Origin: Selaginella moellendorffii
Lineage: Eukaryota > Plantae > Lycopodiophyta
Length of the DNA: 64,000 nucleotides
NCBI RefSeq assembly: GCF_000143415.4
Contig: NW_003314320.1
Coordinates: 1,191,231 to 1,255,230, forward strand
Direction of reading: 5' to 3'
This document shows, in pieces, positions 50,571 to 60,047 of this stretch. Under the pieces are notes generated by a model, which saw only the letters and a list, made by a program, of their open reading frames with translations, did not search any database and was not told the DNA's origin. The position numbers and the translations under genes are program-made. Within the stretch, counting starts at the first letter, position 1. Every line of letters begins with the position of its first letter.

Positions 50571-51834
50571 CACTGAAATGGAAGAAGCACTCGAGGTGAT
50601 GCAAATTATGAGAGTTAAGTTCATTGGTACTTCTTTCTGGTTCCTATTTCTTTCTTGTCTTTTAGAGTGGAAAAATTGCTTGGAACTCAGGAGGTTGGTC
50701 GCGTGCATGGGAGCTGACTTCACTTCTCCCGCTCAGGAGTGGTATTCGCAGCATCCACTGACAGGTTCTTAAACATCTATTTGATTTTGTTGACACTAAT
50801 GTATTTTTCGCTTGCAGAATTCATCGACAGAGCTTTGAGGCAGTTTAATGCTCCAGCGCCTAATCGTCCGACGTCCGCATGTCCGAGGAGAAAATCCAGA
50901 ACTTCTACAAGGAGCAGGAAGCTGTCAGAAAGTTCTTCCATCGATGGAAAAACCCAATTTTCGCCTGTACATCTAAAAGACTCCTATTCTTTCGTTCACA
51001 ATCGTGTGCTTCTTTCTCTCGGATGAGAGATCTGGAGGAATTTGGGAGTTCTTTCTCTAGTTTCTTCGTAGATCTTCTTCACAGATTTAAATTTGCATAA
51101 GCAAAGATCATGGTGAAAGCATAGATCGAGCGCCAGTTTTCTGTCGAGCAGGAGTGTGACCTCATGGAAAACGAGCTCCGCATCTTCCTAGCATATCTGC
51201 AAAGTTGGACGATGGAATAATGCAGCCTTTTATTAAAACAGAATATCTAGATCTTGTTGTCAAGACTGATTCTAATTGTCAAGATAAGCTCGAAAAAGCA
51301 ATGCCTTTGTCTCATTTTTATTTTACTCCAGATGTTGTCTTTCATACAGGCCACCAAAATGCCCATAGTCTCAACCGATGATTATTCCGCAAGATCCTCT
51401 AACTTGCTGTCTACTCTTGGTGTATGATCTCGCTCGCTTTCTCCTAATTTGCTGACAGACACGGTCTATACAAGAAGACTGTGGCTTTTCCTCTACGTCG
51501 ATTTGCGATTCTAATCTTTGCTTGGACGTTTTACATACGAGTGCAACGTGCCAAATTAGCATTCATAGGCGATGACTATGCATGGATTCCAATGGCCCCA
51601 GATGGGGACACGTCATGCCCACACATCGATGGACACATTCATACACAGGGAAGGAAAATTTTCCCGCGACTTTGGAGGTCGGCGGTTCGATTTATGATAA
51701 TGGGTGTTTTCTTGCCAACGCCAAGCAACTCGCATCTTGGGCGGTATCTTTGGCTGGTTCACCGATCAAGAAGAAGCGATGGCGCCCGCGCTCTCTTCTC
51801 TCTTCTCATCTACCGGCGTGTAGCCGATCAATCC

Positions 51835-54013
51835 ATGGCCGCCTGGATTACTGGGATGCTGGCGATCGCGGCATTCTTGCAGATTTCCAGCACCGCGCAG
51901 CTCAATCTCTCCAGCAACATCGAAATTCTGGGGTTTCTTGATGGCCAGGGCTCGGTCGCGATCGAGGGACTGATAGGGATTGGGAAGGAGGAGAGCGTTG
52001 CTGTGGCGGAGGTGGAGGAGGAGATTATCTCGTCGCGGCTGTCACAAAATTCTACTTCCGACAATTCAAGGCTCAGGGACTTGAGGCGCTCGATTTCTTC
52101 CCAAGCCTGCAAGTCGATCCCAACGGATTCAATCCCTTGCCAGATCGAGAATGAGTCTAATTCCTCCAGCTGCGAGCGCCGGCGCATTGAAAATCCCTGT
52201 CTCGTTCCGCTGCCACGGGGATACACGCGCCCGGATGCCTGGCCTTCTTGCGTCCACAAGGTTCGCGCCGCTTGCGATTCCTTCCCTCCAAGCGAAGAGG
52301 AATTCTAGGGTTTGATCCTTTCGATTTGATGCCAGGCAAGGGCGGAGAACATCGGCAATGGCGATCTTGCGCGGTCGACCGCCGCTGCGATCCAAATGCA
52401 CGGCACCAAAATCTCGTTTCGATCTGCCGAACTGGACGCCGCCAGGAAATATGTCGATGAGCTCCTCCAGGTAGTAGTGGCATTCTTGAGATGTACAGAA
52501 GAATTCTTGCTTTCTACAGTCGCTACCAGGATTTGAGCCCCGGTTGGCCCTGAATCTAGAGGCCGGTGTGGGGAGCTTGAGCGTGGAGTTTGATAGACAT
52601 GGAGTTTTGGCGCTTTCCATCGCATCGAAGAAATCGAGAGCCGATGCCATCCAGCTTGTTCTCGAGAGAGGCTTTCCCGGAATGGTCCAGAGTTTTGCCA
52701 GAGAAAGACTTCCATATCCAAGCGAGGCCTTTGATCTCATCCATTGTGGAAGCTGTAGTACGTCTTGGGCCAGGAAGAGTGAGTGAGCATTGGATGTCTA
52801 AGCAATTGACAAACTGGTTTCTTGCTTGCAGGAGCGTTGCATCTTTTCGAAGCTGATCGAATTTTGCGACGAGGTGGTCTTTTCGTTTGGAGCAATACAT
52901 CAGGAAAAGAAAAACTATGGAACGGTTAGTCTTTTTCAGTTTTCTTTTTATCTTGATGGTCTTGATTGATAGAAGCTTTCTCTGCATTTGGCAGATATGT
53001 TGAAAGCAGCAGTTTCGATGTGTTGGATCCTGGCTTCGAGAAAAAACAAAGTTGCTATTTGGCAAAAGCCCACGAACAATTCGTGTTATCAGCTACAAAA
53101 CCACTCGGTGTTTTGTGATCCTGGAAGTCCACCTCCTGATGATGCTTGGTAAAATACTCGCGAAGGGTATGTGATAAGCTGTTGGACTCACACTCAGGTT
53201 TTATGCTTTTCGCTGTCAGGGGCATTCCATTGCAAGCTTGTATATCCGGTCCTTCAAAACTAGCAGCAACAAGTGAAAGACGCAGCTGGCCAACACGATT
53301 GCTAAATGCGATGCGCCTCAAGACCATCCTTTCTTACAACAGCTTGAAGTTGGCCACAGTGGAGGCGTATGAAGCTGACCTGAACTACTGGAAAATGCTG
53401 ACGGATTTTTACTTGACATCTTTGGGTCCATCAAGGATTCGGGAGATTCGCAACGTTCTCGATACAAACGCTGGATATGGCGGGTAAGAGAGAGGCTTCT
53501 TGCGTTTTGGAAGCTGATAAAGCTTGGAGATTGTTACGTAGGTTTGCTGCTGCATTGGCATCACGAAATCCTGCTCTGTCATGGTGGGTGCTCAACGTTT
53601 CTCCGGTGGACAATCCTCACAACCACCTCGCAAACATATTTGATCGAGGACTGCTGGGAGTTTATCACGATTGGTGCAAAGCTCTGCCCATGTATCCACG
53701 CTCCTTCGACTTGGTGCATGCTTCTCGACTCTTCTCCGCCAAGCACAAGTAAGCCCCTTGTGATAGTTTTGATTTCCGTAGTTGCTAATCGCTGATCTGG
53801 TGCAGTTGCTCAATGGTTGTCATCCTTCTCGAGATCGATAGATTGCTAAGGCCTGGAGGTTTTGCGATATTTCGAGATGACATAGGGACGCTGCTAGAGG
53901 TGAGGAGTATTGCCAACGCTTTGCATTGGAAGACAACGATTCAGGACACTGATAGTGGACCTCAGGGCAAAGATAAAGTCATGCATTCCCAAAAGACTTC
54001 TTGGCAACCATAG
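51835..54013 (+). CDS. Putative SAM-dependent methyltransferase (PMT/DUF248, QUA2/QUA3 family), divergent
   Basis: CLVPLPRGY..W, IQLVLERGFP..RLPYPSEAFDLIHC, EADRILRRGG, MCW..AIWQKP, IRNVLDTNAGYGGFAAAL, FDRGLLGVYHDWC..YPRSFDLVHA, LLEIDRLLRPGG. Confidence 0.9.
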
Positions 54014-54234
54014 TGAGGCGAGAGAACTGTGTATTTTGTTTCCGAATTTAAGAGCACGTCTTCCATTCAGTTTCAACGTTGATGCTTTCATAAGGTGATC
54101 GGTGGAACTCGTTCATGCTGAGAATATTCTTTATTTCTAGTCAGTTCAACTGTCTGTATTTGCCGTCGCCCACTTCACGCCCATTTCATTTGGTCAGTAA
54201 GATGCAATGCTCTGGAGATCGCCCGGGTGCAGCG

Positions 54235-54366
54235 CCATCAGAGAAAATATGTAGCTCCGATACCATGTTGGAATGAGGAAGTGTGGACAATGTGTCTATT
54301 ATGGATCCATTGTCCATGTTTCCTCATTCCTTCATGGTATCGTAGCTGCATATGTGCTTTGATTGG
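54235..54366 (+). ncRNA. Candidate pre-miRNA hairpin
   Basis: 46-bp stem (54247-54292 / 54308-54353) with symmetric mismatches and four G:U pairs on the + strand, a 15-nt loop, and an additional lower stem. Confidence 0.6.
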
Positions 54367-54539
54367 CTAGTTGTTTCCCACCTGGTCTAGTTATAATGCA
54401 AATGGAACGGTTCTAGTTCATGGAAAAGGATCTGTGGGACAAAGTTTCCAGAAGATAAGGGAGAACAACACAGGGGAAGGATCTCCTTGTGAAAAGTAGC
54501 ATCTGACATTTTGGAGGCGCCAACCACGGCGACGAGGTG

Positions 54540-54877
54540 TCTCCATACACAGTGAGGACCTACGGTGTACAAGACGATCTTGGTCTTCAGTGCTACACCA
54601 AGGGAATACATGCAGGAAATCGTGAGCAAGAAAGTGGATCCAAGTGGCAGGCTTCTATTCCGCAGAGGACATGGAGTGGATGCAGAGTCCAGCAAGCCGG
54701 GACAGGATTAAGGACTTGAGGACTGGACAAGGGCTTGAATAAGCTTGTGTGGCTGATGACACTCCCTACAATCCATCCCATGAGCGGGATCGTGGTGTCA
54801 CCTTTCATGGGTGATCCTGGTGACTAGGAGCTGCAGGAACTTGCTAAGTGTCGGGATGTGGTTGATGCTCTTCGCAT
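54540..54877 (+). pseudogene. FCP1/SCP-like (NIF, HAD-family) phosphatase fragment
   Basis: ILVFSATPREYMQEIVSKKVDPSGRLLF...IKDLR..GLNKLVW/DDTP...GIVVSPFMGDPGD*ELQELAKCRDVVDAL, with frameshifts and a stop. Confidence 0.6.
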
Positions 54878-54976
54878 CAGGACACTGATAACGTCGGGGC
54901 AAAGATAAAGTCATGCATACCTCTATAGTAAAGCGAGATCGTTTTGAAAGAATTGTGTATTTTGTTAACACGTCTT
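54878..54976 (+). repeat. Short duplicate of the PMT 3' end/3' UTR (53941-54062)
   Basis: TCAGGACACTGATA..GGGCAAAGATAAAGTCATGCAT..TGTGTATTTTGTT..CACGTCTT is shared. Confidence 0.8.
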
Positions 54977-54991
54977 ACAAGTGGCATGGTT

Positions 54992-57900
54992 TCATACTTT
55001 TCCATATCGCCAGTATTGTGCCCAGCGATGCATTGTATCCACCACTTGAGGAAAAAGAGCATTAACACTCTCGTTTATCAGTAATTGGAAAAACTGGATA
55101 GCTTCCTCGTCGTCCAAAGATAATTGGAATTTTTCTTGCAACTACAAGCAAAACACGGCACGATTACTGCTGCTGACATACAAGGAAAACTTACCTTCAA
55201 GATTGCAACTTCGGAATTTGACATTAAATAGAAGAGGTTCAGTATTAAGTTGCTGGACTTCCTCAGAATGTTGAATGCCTCACAGCAGTATAGCTTAAAC
55301 TTCCCGTAGTATTCACTGTAAACGACATGGATAAATTGGTTTGAAAAAGGACAAATCCCGTTACCTGTTAATACCTCCCATGGCGTCGACCATTTCTTTA
55401 CACAGCTTCATAGGTGGAGGGAAAGGCTTTGGATCCTTGCCAAGAATGAAGCCAAAATCTACATGAAATAATCGTCCATCGTCTCTGATCAGTAAGTTTT
55501 CCAAGTGCCTGTAGATGGAGAAGCTTCAAACCCGTTAACAAGCACTAACAAGAATGCTTGCCTGTCTCCCACACCCAAAATGTACGTTATAACACAATAT
55601 CCAGCGCAGCTCTTCACAAAAGTTTCGAGACATGGTGCGCTGATCCCGAATTGACCCTCTGGATCGGGATGGCATTGTCGAAAGTAGTTGATAATAGACC
55701 TGTGACGGACCAAAATCTGCAACAATAATTAACGCCTGAAAAGAAGAAGAAGAAGAAAAAAAAAACAACAAAAACAAAACAAAACATACCGTTTGCAAAT
55801 TCTTTGATCCTGTCACGAACTCGAGCAATCCCTCGTCCTTGTTGGTAGCAAGAACCCTGTAAGGCGTGAGCTGCAGATCAAGGTTCTCCACTTTCAGAAG
55901 CTGGTCCATCAGAGTGATAAGTTGGATCACCTATAACGGAGTAAGTTACTTTCCTCGCAAAACAACGAAAAAAGAAAAAGAAAAGCTCACCAGCTGATCT
56001 TGTTGGAGATCATCACCTTTTTTGAACATGACCTTGCAGCTTCCACCAGCCACAGTTCGAAAAGTTAATACTAGTGGACTACGTGAACTCGTGAACACTG
56101 ATGATTCACGTGGTACGATCCCCGTGATTATAATTTTCGGATCCAAGGGGGAAGGCAGCTCCTCAAAGGAGGTCAAGTCGCTAAGCAGTTGACGAAGCTT
56201 CTCGTCCTTGTCAGCAACATCCTTGACAGCCGTGGTAATACTGCAGAGCTTAGAAACAAGCTCAGTTTGACGGTGAAGCTGGTCCAGCAGCGGCTTTCCA
56301 CTATAATCCATAGGCTTCTCCTGAAACAGAATTTATAGCAGAAGGAAATCAATATAACATGCACACACCTTCAACATCTGTGTCTCAAACAAGTCGTGCA
56401 CGGAAAAAAATCTCTTCGTTTTGTTTGATGGCTCTGTCGCTTTGGCGAGTTCCTTCATCACATACCAATGAAAAGAATTAGCCAGGTCTGGGATTTGCAC
56501 CGCTGTAGGAAGGTTGTTTGTCAGACCAGCCAGACTTGGTAGCACAAGAATCGGCTTACCTTTCTGTACCAAAAAATAAGCAAGCGGGGACTTGTCACAT
56601 CGTTCAAACTGAAGAGCTTGTACTAGCTGCAACCAGTAGCACTGCAGCTCCTCCGCCGTTGTTTTCTTCCTCAAAGCCTCAACTGCATATGCTCGTACCT
56701 GGAATGCACCTAACGTGGTAAGGATAAAAGAAACTGCTGTGGGACTAGTACCTCCTCACTCTCAAAATCAGCAGATAAGAGCTCCAGAGCATCTGGAATA
56801 TCAACAGGTTCCCACTTATGCATCAATTCCGTCGCTTGCTTTGCTTCCTGCACGAATAAAGAAGTAATCAGGAGGAAAAACTCCAGAGTACACCACCTGT
56901 GCGTCATTCCAATCAACGCATCGAAGAAACTTTGTAAGCGCCTTTTTGTCGGTCGACAAGTAGAAACGAAATTTCCACAGTAACATTTTGTCATCGCTAG
57001 TCAGCTTTTGCGTGGGAGGAGAATTACACACTTGCATGAGTACTCTGCAAAAACATAATGTCTGAAAGAAACACCAATGACGAACTGTAGCGCACCTCTT
57101 TTCTTTGGAGCTCGGTTTCAAGTCCGGGTCAATGACAAGTCTTGAAATACTTCGAGCCAGTTTGAAGTGCTTGACCTCACAGGGATTTTCACGACCAATC
57201 TCGGTATCCCATAGTGCACACAAAGTTCTAGAAGTCGGTGGCTGAGAAAGTAACGCTTCAGCTCGTTCCTGGAACAATTGTAAGTTACAAGGGAGAAAAG
57301 CGGAAACACGAGGTAAAACCTGGTACTCGACGGCGTGTCCGAATGACCACAACTTCACTGTCAAAAAAAAATGAGTGCTGCTCTTTTTCTGCTCTGCCAT
57401 GATCTTGTCGATAGCTTTCAAAGCCGAGTTGTCCAGCCAGTCAATGTGTTCGATCTCTCCTCTTTCATACTTCGAAAGGAGCTTGTCAAGACGTTCCACT
57501 TCCCCTCTCTCACCTTCCGGCACCTGAGAATACTTCGTTTGGCCAGTAAGTGATCTAAGCACGTAAATACCTTGCCAGGCGTGGTGCTTACAGCGGAACC
57601 ATCGGCAACACGCCCTCGCCAAAGCCTGAGCCTCTGCTTTCCAGTTTTAAGCTGTCCCTTACTGTTAAATAGCTTAAGAGTTGAACCACCTACGGCGATT
57701 TCTTGCAATGGGTTCGATACATCCCACACCTGTAAACAAATGCATGGTCACAAAAACGACACAAAGCGGAAAACACTACACTTAACAGTGAAAGCTAGCT
57801 GCGCATTCAAAGACAAATCTCTGTACTTTCCAGTAAGTGTGATCGCCTCGTTCCACTTATAAGGCTTTTCGATTGCCAATCTTCATGGGAATCAAAAAAA

Positions 57901-58157
57901 TTAAAAAATTTACCACGTAGATTTAACCATACCCAGTTCTTGTGACGAGGCCAAAAGGCGATCCATCAATGTAAAGCGCGCATTCCACATAGAGCGCAGG
58001 AGAGAGATCTTCTGCAGTGGAAGGAAAAGAGTATATAAATAATAAAATTTTCCCTTGTACCTTGAGAGCTTGGAGGCGAGCGCAAATCTCCCTGCAAGGA
58101 CTCTACAAGAGCTGTTACCGGAAAATTGATATCCGAGGAGAGGAACACTTGATCCAT
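54992..58157 (-). CDS. VPS34: Class III phosphatidylinositol 3-kinase (VPS34), divergent copy
   Basis: [12 protein letters not shown]2 ([11 protein letters not shown]), PIK helical domain ([25 protein letters not shown]), [66 protein letters not shown]. Confidence 0.94.
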
Positions 58158-58210
58158 TCGTTCCCCTTCTGCTAAGAAGCCCTAAGCCCTAGGTAATAAT
58201 GGAGGGAAGT

Positions 58211-58642
58211 TCAAGCGACTAAGGCCAAGGGCCGTCGCTTGCGTGAGGAGGGGCAGCCAACAGACTTGTCCTTGTTCTGTGACGATGATCTTGGCTGCCT
58301 CCCGGAATTGGCACTGCTTCTTCTCTTGCTGGGCGGAGGAAAATCTTCCCAAACAAAGAATTCTGTCGAATCGATCGTTTTGGCCCCAACTTCTGGAGCA
58401 GTGTAGTGCTGCGCGCGTGGTCCCTGCAGAGAATCGAGCTTCACCTGTTCTAATTTCTCCGCAACTACATGCTGATTGCTCTCACTCTCATCTTGTAGCG
58501 GCTGTCGATCCTGCTGCTGCTCGGGACCTAATTCTACCTCACCGCCGAGCTCCTCGGGATGACACACAAGCTGCAGAAGCTCCGCCTTGCGGACAATCTC
58601 CTCGATTCTCCACCCGATCTCCCAGAGTTGCTGCTGCGCCAT
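58211..58642 (-). CDS. Orphan 143-aa ORF immediately upstream of VPS34
   Basis: GCAATGG start preceded by TTTAGGGCT, GC-rich intact ORF, basic C-terminal clusters. No family recognised. Confidence 0.4.
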   Translation of the reverse strand: MAQQQLWEIGWRIEEIVRKAELLQLVCHPEELGGEVELGPEQQQDRQPLQDESESNQHVVAEKLEQVKLDSLQGPRAQHYTAPEVGAKTIDSTEFFVWEDFPPPSKRRSSANSGRQPRSSSQNKDKSVGCPSSRKRRPLALVA

Positions 58643-60047
58643 TGCTCTCTCGCCAGAGCCCTAAAAGCGTTTCCCGCTCTACGCTTTAATTTTAAAATTT
58701 AAGCCCGTTAGAAGTGCCGAATTCTAAAAATCATCCAACGGTCTGTAACCCTGCAAATTTCTAGTATCTCAACTAGTGCCCCAGTGCGCTCTCGTAGTCT
58801 CCCTGACGAAAGAATGCATTGCCTTGGGCCTAGAAACAAGAAAAGTTCTCACAAACAACTAGAACAAAGATTGAAAGATTCATCAATTCCACACACATGA
58901 GCACTATGAGTTTATCGGATGATAACTGCATTGAAATATTTTTTGTGTTCCAATCTAAAATCCCAATTTCCGCCAGGGTTAAGAAAATAATGTATGAATT
59001 CATTTATTTAAATATAATTTTTGTACATAAAGGTATAATATAAAAGTTTATATGAAACTAATTTTTAGAAAAACAAATCTTAAAAACCACTCATTACCAA
59101 AAAGTCTAAACTTATCCTAAGTCTGTCCATTTATGGCCCAATATCCGTCTGTTTATAGCCTAAGATTTTGTTTATCGTGTAAGCGACTAATGTTTCCATT
59201 CTACTTTAGTCACTTAACCACACCTCCAACCACTTGGAGGAATCTCACTCACAACCTCCATAAGTCTTATTTTGGACTTGGGCTTGCTAGTCCCAAGAAT
59301 GGCATCCCTGCCACTTGACCTTTGCACTTGGTCCAAGTGCTCCACGTGTCCGATCCCATGACCGACACCCCAAAATACCATCGACATATCAGCCTGTTAC
59401 ACTAAGGCCATGCCCATTCACCTTGGTCACATTGGTGGTCTGACACCACCTACATTACAGTCCCGTCTCTCAAAGACTAGGTCATCTGTCCATGAATGAT
59501 CATCCAAGCTCTATTTCGTTAAAGTGGGATTTATTCAGTAAAATGGGACTAGGTACAAATTTTCAAGTATTTGAAAATGACGTGAAATTATATGTTTTTT
59601 GTCCAGGGGCTAGACATATCTGGGGCATGGTGACTAGTGCGGTGACTTTGTGTCCAGACTGAGTCCATCTGGTTGTATAATAAATCTCATTGTCAAGGTG
59701 AACAAGCCGAATCTGAAACTAAAGAAGAGCGACGGCATGCACGCACACACTATTTGTTTGTTCATTGAGCATGTGGTGAGCTTTCCAAGATGAACGTCAT
59801 TCCTATTAGCCAGACATATAACTTAATGGTGAGAACATTTAGATATTATTCAATGTTATCTTTTTCTAACGAATCTAATTATGAAGGTGTAGCAAGAGGC
59901 ATTACTAGTCTGGAGAAGTCATTTAACTCATTTGACCCTTAGTGTATTTTCATGAAACTAAATAACATTCATATTATTAAGGAATTTCTCTAGTACCTTT
60001 TTTTTACGACATAGAGGCTTGCATTTCTTTCAAAGGTGATTTAGTAA

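Noticed and set aside
51481-51834. N-terminal extension of the PMT ORF
   Set aside because: GTG start, and the region is part of the eroded duplicated segment shared with 44180-44470.
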